Origin: Candidatus Hydrogenedentota bacterium | GTDB lineage: Bacteria > Hydrogenedentota > Hydrogenedentia > Hydrogenedentales > SLHB01 | Assembly: GCA_963745075.1 (NCBI GenBank) | Contig: CAVUWV010000027.1 | Coordinates: forward strand, 96,001-160,000 | Direction: 5' to 3' | Length of the DNA stretch: 64,000 nt | Part shown: positions 23,664 through 32,777 of the stretch, piece by piece | Position numbering within the stretch: the first letter of the stretch is position 1 | Layout: the number at the start of each line of letters is the position of its first letter | Made by a program: the position numbers and the translations under genes | The notes under the pieces: generated by a model | Told to the model about the DNA's origin: nothing | Database searches by the model: none | What the model saw: only the letters and a program-made list of their open reading frames with translations

Positions 23664-24881
23664 TCAACTCATCCCGGCGCCGGCCGGTGTACCTTCTCCT
23701 GCATACCGTTCCAACAGATCGGCCGCCCGGTTTGCCCCGTCGCTTTGCGCCACAATACGGGACCAGTGTTGTGTCGCGTCGTGGTAGCCATTCTGCTCGA
23801 TCACGGCATCGAGGGCAGACAAAACCGCCTCACCCGTAGCGCGACGTGGCGGCAACACCCGGCAAAATCCGTTGGCGCTGCCGATGCGAGCGTTGGTCCG
23901 TTGTTCCAGGTGCGTGGGGATTGCCACCATCGGCACACCGGCGTTCAGGGCCTGGTACATAGTTCCGTTGCCCCCGTGAAACACGAGCGCACGGCAATGC
24001 CGCAGGATCTCGCTTCCCGGCGCGTACCGCACAATCCGAAAGTTCGGCGGCGCCGCCCCGACCACGTCTACCGACACGCGTCCCGCCGTGGTCACGATGA
24101 ATCGGTACGGGCTATGCGCCAACGCGGGATAGATACCTTTCAACAGCGACTCGAACCGTCCCGTCGATCCCATCGTGATGTACACATTCGGCGTTCCGTC
24201 ATCCAATTCCCCCATCCAATCCGGCGGCGTTTCCGGATAATCGAAAATCAATGGACCTGTCTGCTGGGTTTTTGGAAGCCACGACGATACTCGGTACAGC
24301 CCCGGCAAGTCAGGGGAAATCAGTGGAACGGACTGAAACAACTTCAACGAGTCGATTGGTTTTCTTCCAAACCTTCGATAGACGCGGCGACGTAACGAGG
24401 TCATGTGGTACCACTCGTACCCGCGCCAATACCGCCGCAAGACGGGGTGGGTGAGCACGTAGTCGATGAAATAGGCGTTGAAAAGACTCGCGCCAGGCAC
24501 CCCGGCGAGGTGGGCCGCTGAACTCGCCGTAGCCGTCGAGGCCCCCACCACCAGGTCCGGTTGCTCAGCCCGAATCAGCTCGACCTGGCTTTCCAGAATC
24601 GCGTCCAACGGCGCCCAACGCGTCAGGTGTGACAAATCGTGAAACGCCGCAAGCCATCCCCGCTTCATGTACCGATTCCAGGCGTACGGCTGATCGATCT
24701 CGCGAACCCGCGCCACCCGAAGCCCTGCCTTTGCGGCCAGGGAAAGCTCGGATCGCGATTTCGCCGGGTCATCGCCCGCGATGACGACTTCGTGGCCGCG
24801 GGCATGCAGCGCTTTCCCGACTTCAATGCAATGCGAAAGATGGGCAAGCACGTAGCTTGACGTAAATAGGATAAACTTCAT
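23664..24881 (-). CDS. GT-B glycosyltransferase, GT1/MGT-like
   Basis: N-terminal LAH..RGHEV, VYITMGSTG and UDP-sugar motif FHGGNGTMYQALNAGVPMVAIP..LEQ. Confidence 0.88.
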   Translation of the reverse strand: MKFILFTSSYVLAHLSHCIEVGKALHARGHEVVIAGDDPAKSRSELSLAAKAGLRVARVREIDQPYAWNRYMKRGWLAAFHDLSHLTRWAPLDAILESQVELIRAEQPDLVVGASTATASSAAHLAGVPGASLFNAYFIDYVLTHPVLRRYWRGYEWYHMTSLRRRVYRRFGRKPIDSLKLFQSVPLISPDLPGLYRVSSWLPKTQQTGPLIFDYPETPPDWMGELDDGTPNVYITMGSTGRFESLLKGIYPALAHSPYRFIVTTAGRVSVDVVGAAPPNFRIVRYAPGSEILRHCRALVFHGGNGTMYQALNAGVPMVAIPTHLEQRTNARIGSANGFCRVLPPRRATGEAVLSALDAVIEQNGYHDATQHWSRIVAQSDGANRAADLLERYAGEGTPAGAGMS

Positions 24882-24886
24882 GCGAC

Positions 24887-26197
24887 TTACGACTTGGCGT
24901 ACCGTTGAAGAATCTGGGCACCAGTTGGGCTTCCTTCGCGAGCGAAGCGCTCCAGGAGTTCCGCCGCTGCCGCCGCACCATTGGAACCCCGGACCGATTC
25001 GGACAGCTTTCGAGCGGCTTCGGCGTACGACGGGGTTTGGATGATACGATTCAGGTTGCGCACCAATTGCTCCGGCGATATCCGCCGTGCCCGCATCTTG
25101 ATGCAGAATCCGTGATCGACGCCGATCCCCGTGAGCACGTCCTGTTCAAGATGTGACGGAAGCGAAATCATGGGCACTCCGGCCACCAGAGACTGATACA
25201 TCGTTCCGTTGCCTCCGTGAAAGATGAGGGCCTTGCAGCGTTTGAGAATTTCCGACCCCGGCGCGTAACGCGTGATTCGGAAATTGGGTGGCGCCCGCCG
25301 CACCGTTTCTTCCGCTGCCTGCCCGCCGGTCGTCACCACGAACCGGTACGGAGTTCTGCCTAATACCGAATAGGTGCGTTGTAAGAACTCATCCAGCAGC
25401 CCCGTCGACCCCATGGTGATGTATACGTTGGGCGTTCCATCCTCGAGTTCCGTTATCCAGTCCGGCAACGGTCCCGGGTATTCGGACCAAATCGGCCCGA
25501 CCGTGTGAAAACGCGGGAAGAACGCGGGCGGCTCGTACAGTTCGGGCAAGTCCGGTGAAATCAGCGGCGCCGACCGTAATAATTGCAGCGCGTTGACGGG
25601 TTTCACACCATGGTTGCGATAGACGCGCCGGCGAATCGGGGCCAGCCGCAGCCAATCGTACGACACGGCCAGCGCGTGGTACAGCGAGCCCGGGGTCAGC
25701 AGCCGGCTGGCGTACCCATTCATGATACAAGCCGCCGGCGTGTCCGCAATATACGCGGCGGTCGTTGCGCTGATCGTTGCATCGCCGATGACCAGGTCCG
25801 GCTGCTCTTGCCGAATCAGCCTGACTTGGCTCTCGATGATCTCCTCGAGCTGAACCCACTTACGCAGATTGTGCAGGTCCATCGCCGACGCCAGCCACCC
25901 ATGTTTCACAAACCGATCCCAACCGTACGGGTGAAACGGTTCACGGGCAGATTCCAGGCGAAAACCGGCGCGTTTCACCAGTCCCAATTTGGACCGTGGA
26001 TGCAGCGGATTGTCGCCGCCAAAGACGACTTCATGCCCCCGGGAACGTAGCTTTTTCGCGATTTCGATGCACCGCGACGTGTGGGCGAGCACGTATCCCA
26101 AGGGAAGAAATAGGAAACGCGACGGCCGGGAAGGCCGCAACTCCAAGGTCCCGTGCGCGGGATAGGAAATGCTCGTTGTACCGCTCAATGAGTTCAC
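24887..26197 (-). CDS. GT-B glycosyltransferase, GT1/MGT-like; paralog of the neighbouring gene
   Basis: YVLAHTSRC..RGHEV, VYITMGSTG and FHGGNGTMYQSLVAGVPMISLP..LEQ. Confidence 0.88.
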   Translation of the reverse strand: MNSLSGTTSISYPAHGTLELRPSRPSRFLFLPLGYVLAHTSRCIEIAKKLRSRGHEVVFGGDNPLHPRSKLGLVKRAGFRLESAREPFHPYGWDRFVKHGWLASAMDLHNLRKWVQLEEIIESQVRLIRQEQPDLVIGDATISATTAAYIADTPAACIMNGYASRLLTPGSLYHALAVSYDWLRLAPIRRRVYRNHGVKPVNALQLLRSAPLISPDLPELYEPPAFFPRFHTVGPIWSEYPGPLPDWITELEDGTPNVYITMGSTGLLDEFLQRTYSVLGRTPYRFVVTTGGQAAEETVRRAPPNFRITRYAPGSEILKRCKALIFHGGNGTMYQSLVAGVPMISLPSHLEQDVLTGIGVDHGFCIKMRARRISPEQLVRNLNRIIQTPSYAEAARKLSESVRGSNGAAAAAELLERFAREGSPTGAQILQRYAKS

Positions 26198-26270
26198 AAC
26201 TATTTGCTGCTTCCGTGCATCACACCGTAGCTCCGCTAGTCATCGCCGGACGGGAATTGGCATACGCTCC

Positions 26271-29200
26271 CTACGCCGGAACGCCGACCTCGAACGTCTC
26301 TACGGTCTCCTTTTCCACGCGATGGTCCGCTTCGTCCAAACAGACCTCCAACGCCTCGGCTACACCCGCCGCATCCGGGTCCGCGAGCATCGAAATATGG
26401 TTGCCTGGAACGGGGCGCATGTCGATCGATCCCTTCACGAAGGGACGCCATCCCAGAGTCCTGTCGCTCAGCCAGCGCCGCAATAGTCCGCTTCGCGCCG
26501 ACGTAATAAGTGTGTCCTTGACCAATTGTGGGAATCCGCGCACGATGGCGCGCCAGTCCCGCTTGAGCAAAACCCACAACTGTCGCATCGAGGGAATGAA
26601 CGAATCTTCCGGGATGACCGCGAAAAAACCGCTCGTGTACAAATACGCCAGCCGGCCCGCATACGGGTCCGGGCAATACCGCATCGATGCCTTCATACCT
26701 TCCCGGCAATTGTCAACCAGTCCATGGATGGCGCCCGGCCCGGCGCTTGGGGCCAGGAAATTCACCCGCTTAAGCTCTTCCAAAACCGCGGCGTACTGGG
26801 CGTTCGGCTCCAACTTGCGCAAGGTCCGGTAACGCAGGTCGATTTGCGTCGAGAAAAAATGCTCGACCATCATCATGACGCTCGCCAGCCACATGGCATC
26901 GTCCGACGCGTCCAACAGCAGATTGTACAGCTCGCTGCTCCGAGGCCCGGGAAGCGGCGCGAACGTGTCCATGAGGACGACCACACCCACATCATGTCCC
27001 TGTTCCTTCAACTGCCGGGCCATTTCAAAGGCGATAGTCCCTCCCGACGAGTGGCCGCCGAGATGGTACGGACCCTCCGGTCGAACCCTGCGCATGGCCT
27101 CGATATAGCACGAGGCCGTTTCCTCCACCGTGTCGAACATGCGCCCGACACCGTTGATTGCCGGCGCCTGCAATCCATAGAACGGCCGGTCCGGGTCCAT
27201 GTGCCGCGCGATGGGCAAATAGCAAAAGACCGTCCCCGGCGCCGGGTGTACGCAGAAGAACGGATTCTTCGATCCCTCCGGCTGGATGGGCACTACTACC
27301 GATTCCGCCAGCGCGTTGCCCGACCGCAACACCCCCGCGAGACGCTCGATGGTCGGCGCTTCAAACAATTTAGCCGGCGCCAATCGTTGCCCGAACCGCC
27401 GCTCGATCTCGTCCATGAGTTGGACCGCCGAAAGCGAGTGACCGCCGAGATCGAAAAAACTGTCCGTCACCCCCACGGGCCGGACGTCCAGGACGTGTTC
27501 CCAGATGCGCTCAAGCTCCAGTTCCAACGCGTCCCGCGCGGCCTGCGCCGTTCCGGAAACGTCCCGCGCGCTTCGGGTTGGTTGGGGCAGTGCGTTTCGA
27601 TCGATCTTTCCATTGGGTGTCAATGGCAGCCGATCCAGCGTGACAAATGCCGTCGGGACCATGTATTCCGGAAGCGATTCGCGCAGGTAGGCTTTCCATT
27701 CACCGTTGTAAGGCTTTCCATTCTGTTTCGCGACCACGTAGGCGACGAGCCGGTGATCGTCGGGCACGTCCTCCCTTGCTACGACCACGCTGTCGGCGAC
27801 CGCCGGATGTCTGCGCAGGCGGGTTTCAATCTCACCCAACTCGATTCGGTACCCACGAACCTTCACTTGGTGGTCCTGCCTGCCCAGGAACTCGATATCC
27901 CCGTTTGACCGGTACCGCGCGCGGTCGCCCGTCCGATATAACCGGTCGCCGGACCGCTCGCTGAAGAGGTGGGGGATAAAACGCTCCCGCGTCAACGCGT
28001 CCCGGTTCCAGTACCCCCGCGCAACGCCCACGCCGCCGATGTACAGCTCCCCGGCGATGCCCGGAGGCACGATTCGCATGGACTCGTCGAGGATGTACAT
28101 TTGGGTGTTCGCGATCGGGCGCCCGATGGGTGGATTGCCCTGCGTCGTGCCGTTACAACGCGCGATGGACGCGCACACGGTCGTTTCCGTCGGTCCATAC
28201 GCATTGAAGAACTTCCGGCCCTCTGACCATTCCCTGACGACCATGGCCGGGCAGGTCTCGCCCGCGGCGACAACCGTCTCCAAGTCCGGCAGTTCCGAAC
28301 CGTCTACTACTTTCAACACGGATGGGGGCAGCGTCACCGTCGTAATCCGTTCGTCCCGCAGAACCCCCAGCAAGTCGTCCGCCGCCGCCATGGTTGCCTG
28401 CCGCGCCAGGACCAGCGTCGCCCCGGTACACAACGCCATAAAGATTTCCGACACGGACGCGTCGAAGCTGAGCGAGGCAAACTGCAAGACCCGGCTGTTC
28501 TCGTCCACACCAAAGCACCGCGTCTGGGCGTCCACCAGATTGCACAGACCGCGATGCTCGAGCAGTGCGCCTTTGGGATCGCCGGTCGATCCGGACGTAT
28601 AGATGACGTAGGCAAGGTTGGACTTCGTCGCGACTCGTTCCGGGTTTTCTGACGGGTAACGTGCAATCCGATCGAAATCACGATCGATACAGATGATTGT
28701 CGCGCCCGACCCCGGCAACAAATCCACGACCCGCGTTTCCGTCAGCAATACCGACGCCTGCACATCGCGAATCATGAACGCCAGCCGTTCGGGAGGGTAT
28801 CCGGGATCGAGCGGAACGTAGGCGCCGCCCGCCTTCATGATTCCCAGCAGGCCCACCACAGTCGTGATAGACCGATCCATACACAACCCAACCATGATCT
28901 CCGGGCCGACCCCTTTTTCGCGCAACAAGTGAGCGATTTGGTTCGCACGGCGGTTCAGTTCCGCATACGTGATCGTGTCGGATTCAAAAACCAGCGCCGT
29001 CGCGTCCGGCGCTCGATCCACTTGGGTTTCAAACCATTCCTGCACGGTCTCGTATGGAGCGGCGGGCGATTCCGTTCGATTGAGATCCTGTTCGAGCGCG
29101 TTGCGCCGGTCCGCGGAAATCAATGCAACTTGGCCCACGGGGAGCGATGGATCGTTCAACATGCAGTCCATCGCCTCGATCATCTGATCGATGGTGAGTT

Positions 29201-30416
29201 GCTGCGCTTCCTCATCGAAAAGCGCCTGATTGAAATCGAATGTAATGCCGAGATTCCCGGTCGCCGGATTGTCGTAGAAATTGACGACCAGCGGGTCCGC
29301 TCCGTATCCGGAATGGAACCATCGGATCTCGCTGGAGGTTCCACGAAAATCAGGGATGGTCCACAGCAGATAATTCAGCATGACATCATGGGACTGTGTA
29401 TTTACGAGGTTGTGGAGATATGCGGCGCTGTTTCGCAGACACGAAGCGGCATCCATGGCCACTTTTTTGATCGTCGAGAAGAGGGTGTCTTCCTCATCGA
29501 CTGTCACGCGTAACGGCAACACGCCGATGAAAATGCCGATCGTCTGCTTGTACACGTCGGGCCGGCGATTGTGGAACGGCATCCCGATCGAGATGTCCCG
29601 AATCCCGCTCATCCGGTGCAGGTACGTCGCGAGGACCGCCGCAAATATATTGAACGTGGCGGCAAACGGCGTTTTCGTCGCTACGTTTTCGTGCAGGGCC
29701 AACGCCCGAATTCGCGCCGTCCGTTCCTCACCCAGATCGTAGCGGCGATGGCTGATGGTTCCGACCCGGCGCGTCGTCGCCGTACCGTAAAACGAGATTG
29801 GATCCGGCGTGGTTTCAAGTTTGGATTCCCAGAACGCCAATTCATTGGGATCGGCATTGGCGCCGCGATGCGCCAGCTCATGCCCCACGTAGTCCATAAA
29901 CGACGGAATCACGGGTGCTTCGTCCAGCGTTCCGTCCATCGCTCGTCCGTAATACTCGTCGAGATAGCGCAACGTGATCAGTACCGAAAAGGCGTCGCAG
30001 ATGATATGGTGCTGGCAGAAGTACCAGGCGTACTTTTCACTGCCCAGTTTGATCAACGCCGTGTCGAACAGTCGTTCGTGGAGGTTAAACAACGTGCGAC
30101 ACCGTTCTTCGGACCAGCGTTCAAAATGCGCAACTGGATCGGGTTCGTTCGAGAAGTCCAACGCTACCAAGGTGTATTCGATCTCGGAAAGAACGCGTTG
30201 CTGGGGCACACCATCGACCACGTCCACTACTGTGCGCAATGCATCCGCATTTTGAACCAGCCGATGGAATGCCCGCTCAAAACACGCCGAATCAACCGCC
30301 ATCGGGATGATCAGTCCCAACGCGTTGTTGTACAGGGGGACGTCCGGGTTGAGTCGCTGCCCGAGCCAGAAGACCAACTGCGCCTTCGTCAAATTCGAAC
30401 GTTCGTATATGTCCAC
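26271..30416 (-). CDS. Monomodular nonribosomal peptide synthetase (starter-like C, A, PCP, TE)
   Basis: C: LTKAQ..W and WYFCQHHIICDA; A: YTSGSTGDPKG, NAYGPTE, YRTGD, KVRGYRIELGEIE, NGKID; PCP: FFDLGGHSL; TE: GHSSGG and GNH. GTG at 30416 has a GGAG RBS; alternative ATG at 30461. Confidence 0.95.
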   Translation of the reverse strand: MDIYERSNLTKAQLVFWLGQRLNPDVPLYNNALGLIIPMAVDSACFERAFHRLVQNADALRTVVDVVDGVPQQRVLSEIEYTLVALDFSNEPDPVAHFERWSEERCRTLFNLHERLFDTALIKLGSEKYAWYFCQHHIICDAFSVLITLRYLDEYYGRAMDGTLDEAPVIPSFMDYVGHELAHRGANADPNELAFWESKLETTPDPISFYGTATTRRVGTISHRRYDLGEERTARIRALALHENVATKTPFAATFNIFAAVLATYLHRMSGIRDISIGMPFHNRRPDVYKQTIGIFIGVLPLRVTVDEEDTLFSTIKKVAMDAASCLRNSAAYLHNLVNTQSHDVMLNYLLWTIPDFRGTSSEIRWFHSGYGADPLVVNFYDNPATGNLGITFDFNQALFDEEAQQLTIDQMIEAMDCMLNDPSLPVGQVALISADRRNALEQDLNRTESPAAPYETVQEWFETQVDRAPDATALVFESDTITYAELNRRANQIAHLLREKGVGPEIMVGLCMDRSITTVVGLLGIMKAGGAYVPLDPGYPPERLAFMIRDVQASVLLTETRVVDLLPGSGATIICIDRDFDRIARYPSENPERVATKSNLAYVIYTSGSTGDPKGALLEHRGLCNLVDAQTRCFGVDENSRVLQFASLSFDASVSEIFMALCTGATLVLARQATMAAADDLLGVLRDERITTVTLPPSVLKVVDGSELPDLETVVAAGETCPAMVVREWSEGRKFFNAYGPTETTVCASIARCNGTTQGNPPIGRPIANTQMYILDESMRIVPPGIAGELYIGGVGVARGYWNRDALTRERFIPHLFSERSGDRLYRTGDRARYRSNGDIEFLGRQDHQVKVRGYRIELGEIETRLRRHPAVADSVVVAREDVPDDHRLVAYVVAKQNGKPYNGEWKAYLRESLPEYMVPTAFVTLDRLPLTPNGKIDRNALPQPTRSARDVSGTAQAARDALELELERIWEHVLDVRPVGVTDSFFDLGGHSLSAVQLMDEIERRFGQRLAPAKLFEAPTIERLAGVLRSGNALAESVVVPIQPEGSKNPFFCVHPAPGTVFCYLPIARHMDPDRPFYGLQAPAINGVGRMFDTVEETASCYIEAMRRVRPEGPYHLGGHSSGGTIAFEMARQLKEQGHDVGVVVLMDTFAPLPGPRSSELYNLLLDASDDAMWLASVMMMVEHFFSTQIDLRYRTLRKLEPNAQYAAVLEELKRVNFLAPSAGPGAIHGLVDNCREGMKASMRYCPDPYAGRLAYLYTSGFFAVIPEDSFIPSMRQLWVLLKRDWRAIVRGFPQLVKDTLITSARSGLLRRWLSDRTLGWRPFVKGSIDMRPVPGNHISMLADPDAAGVAEALEVCLDEADHRVEKETVETFEVGVPA

Positions 30417-30578
30417 CCCATGAACTCCACCGATGCCGGGGCCGGGTTCTGCTGGAACCATGCGTATTGCTGCGCCGCCGGCAAGTCGCGTTCAGCACCG
30501 CGGTCTCTGATTAAATGTCACCGAATTGTTGCGCCCAAAACCGCTTTTGTGTCCTCGAGTCCGGCATTAGGCCGCTCG

Positions 30579-31529
30579 CTACCCGTGTTCGGCCAGCGAA
30601 CTCGTGCCCGCTTCGACCGCGGGCCGGTCCTGTGGCGCGTGTGCCGGGCCCACGGAGAACCCCCGCTCCCGCAGCACCGCACGAATCTCCTCGTGGAGCG
30701 CTGACGCGAGTTTTCCCCGTTCCTTCAGGAAGCCCGGGCAATTGTGGCGGCCCGTCGGCACCGGAACGAGCTTGATTTCCGAAAGGTGTTTTACGTAGTC
30801 GGCCTGATTCGCGTCCGGACGGCACCGTTCTCCGTAGAAGATCGTACCGATAGGCCGGGGATTCGCATTTTCGTAAACGGAAAGCACATCGAATAACTCC
30901 GTATCGCCGAGTTCTTTGCTGCACCAGTGCGTAATCACATTGGCCGCCAAGGCCACCAGCACGACCTCGATATAATCCTTCGGCCGGGAAAACAAGGCCT
31001 TGACGTCGCATAACGCCCGGAGTTGTGGCTTCCATCCGGTCCAGACCGTCGGCGGGAACGCCGGCGAAAACGCAATAACATGGTCCATGTTGCAACGCAC
31101 GCCAAAATAGAATGCCGCGCTGCCGCCTCCCGACGCACCCATCGCCACATGATGCGTTGCGCCAAGACGGTCGCAGATTTCCTGCACCTTTTGCGTGTAG
31201 TACTCCAATCCGTTCGGCTGCCCGTCCGGCGCCACATGGTAGGCCATGCGCCGCAAGTCCCGCAGGAACACCAGATTCGTTTCATGCCCCAATCCGGCCA
31301 ACTGCTTGCGCATCTCGAAGCGGGGTTCCCCGGCAAACAGCACATCCATCCCGGAAAAGATGACGATGGTCACGTCCGCGCCGCGATCTTCGATCCGAAA
31401 ATAGTCGGCTTCGTTCGAAATGGCGTTCTCGCCTTCAAACACTTTGAAGGTGCCTTCCTCTTCCATGTTCCGCGCCAGGCTTGGCAGGAACATGCGCGTC
31501 AGCGCCTGGAAAGCCTTTTCTTTCAGCAT
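30579..31529 (-). CDS. Alpha/beta-hydrolase-fold protein (esterase or acyltransferase-like)
   Basis: Nucleophile elbow MGASGGG, VIAFSP and C-terminal GRH; GGAG RBS before ATG 31529. Confidence 0.65.
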   Translation of the reverse strand: MLKEKAFQALTRMFLPSLARNMEEEGTFKVFEGENAISNEADYFRIEDRGADVTIVIFSGMDVLFAGEPRFEMRKQLAGLGHETNLVFLRDLRRMAYHVAPDGQPNGLEYYTQKVQEICDRLGATHHVAMGASGGGSAAFYFGVRCNMDHVIAFSPAFPPTVWTGWKPQLRALCDVKALFSRPKDYIEVVLVALAANVITHWCSKELGDTELFDVLSVYENANPRPIGTIFYGERCRPDANQADYVKHLSEIKLVPVPTGRHNCPGFLKERGKLASALHEEIRAVLRERGFSVGPAHAPQDRPAVEAGTSSLAEHG

Positions 31530-31564
31530 GAACGTCTCCACCGGTTTCGTAATGTGTACTCGGT

Positions 31565-32710
31565 TTATGCCTTTGCCGGAAGTCTCTCAACGAGAAGTTC
31601 CTCGTACACCTGCTTCACGGCCGCGGCCTGAACTTCAAGAGAATAACACCGGGTCGCCTTGTCACGTGCCGCCCGGCCCATATTCACCGCCAACTGGCGG
31701 TCTTGACTCAGACTCGCCAGTGCTGCATGCAGCCCGTCTACCGAGCCGTCGAATACAAACCCGTCCACGCCGTCGTCGACAATCTCCGCCAACATGCCCC
31801 GGTTCGCCACGACCGCGGGTCTTCCCATGGCCATGGCTTCACGAACCGCCCGGCAGGTCCCGTCGCTTCCCGGCACGAGAAAGACTTTGACTGAAAACGC
31901 CTTGACCATGCCGACGTAGTTCTCGCCCGCGATATAGCCGGGAAAGTGCACGCGGTCTGTAAGTCCCAGTTCTTTTACGGGTTGCCAACCCACCCGTTCC
32001 TGGTTCGTGCCACGACCCACTACTATAGCATGAGCGTCGCACCCGGCGTCCACCAGACGCCGAATCGCCCGGAAAAAGTCCTCGTATCGGCGGTGCGTCT
32101 GCATCCGGGCCACGATGCCCACCACAAATGCGTTACGCGGAATTCCCAGCCAACGCCGACCGTCCGGCACCTCCCGGGACGGGTCAAAACGTTCCACATC
32201 TACAGCTCCCGGAAGTACTTGCATAGACTCGCGGGGGAAGCCGTAGGTTTCAAGATCATGTTCCAGTGCGACTTGCGAGGGTTCCAACAGGCGGCTCGTA
32301 GCGGCCAGAAGGGGCCCCTGCCGGGCCGGACATTGAAGGCCCGTGCCGTCGTAATTGGAGCGCACCACAGGGATTCCCCGTTTCCGGGCCGGGCCCAGCG
32401 CCACTCGATGATCGTTCTCCAGATGACAGTGCAAGATATCGTACGGGGTGCGGTCCAGGAATCGCCCAAGAGCCCGGCTGTCAATAAAATTGCCAACGGG
32501 ATTCCGGTGTTTGGATAACCGGAACTGGAGAATCGGCTCGACGCCGCGGTCGCGGGCTGTTTCCAGCAGGGTGTGCTGTTTCCCCGCCGGGAGCGCGGGA
32601 AAGGCCAGGTCGGCTTCCACGCCGGCGCGACGCAACGACACGCACAGGTTTAGCGCCGGTTCCGCCGGACCCGTATATTTCGCGTTGCTGAAGAGGTGAA
32701 GGACTCGCAT
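31565..32710 (-). CDS. Glycosyltransferase family 4
   Basis: MRVLHL, GAVDVERF, VGIVARM, V.F.GY and EAMAMGRPAVV...EIVDDGVDG. Confidence 0.88.
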   Translation of the reverse strand: MRVLHLFSNAKYTGPAEPALNLCVSLRRAGVEADLAFPALPAGKQHTLLETARDRGVEPILQFRLSKHRNPVGNFIDSRALGRFLDRTPYDILHCHLENDHRVALGPARKRGIPVVRSNYDGTGLQCPARQGPLLAATSRLLEPSQVALEHDLETYGFPRESMQVLPGAVDVERFDPSREVPDGRRWLGIPRNAFVVGIVARMQTHRRYEDFFRAIRRLVDAGCDAHAIVVGRGTNQERVGWQPVKELGLTDRVHFPGYIAGENYVGMVKAFSVKVFLVPGSDGTCRAVREAMAMGRPAVVANRGMLAEIVDDGVDGFVFDGSVDGLHAALASLSQDRQLAVNMGRAARDKATRCYSLEVQAAAVKQVYEELLVERLPAKA

Positions 32711-32777
32711 GGGCTTGCTTCGCTCAACGCCGTCGCCGTAAACAACCCCGGAGACGCCAGGTTCGGTGAAAGATGGA

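Noticed and set aside
26526..27908. 460-aa plus-strand ORF within the NRPS
   Set aside because: Antisense shadow, common in NRPS genes
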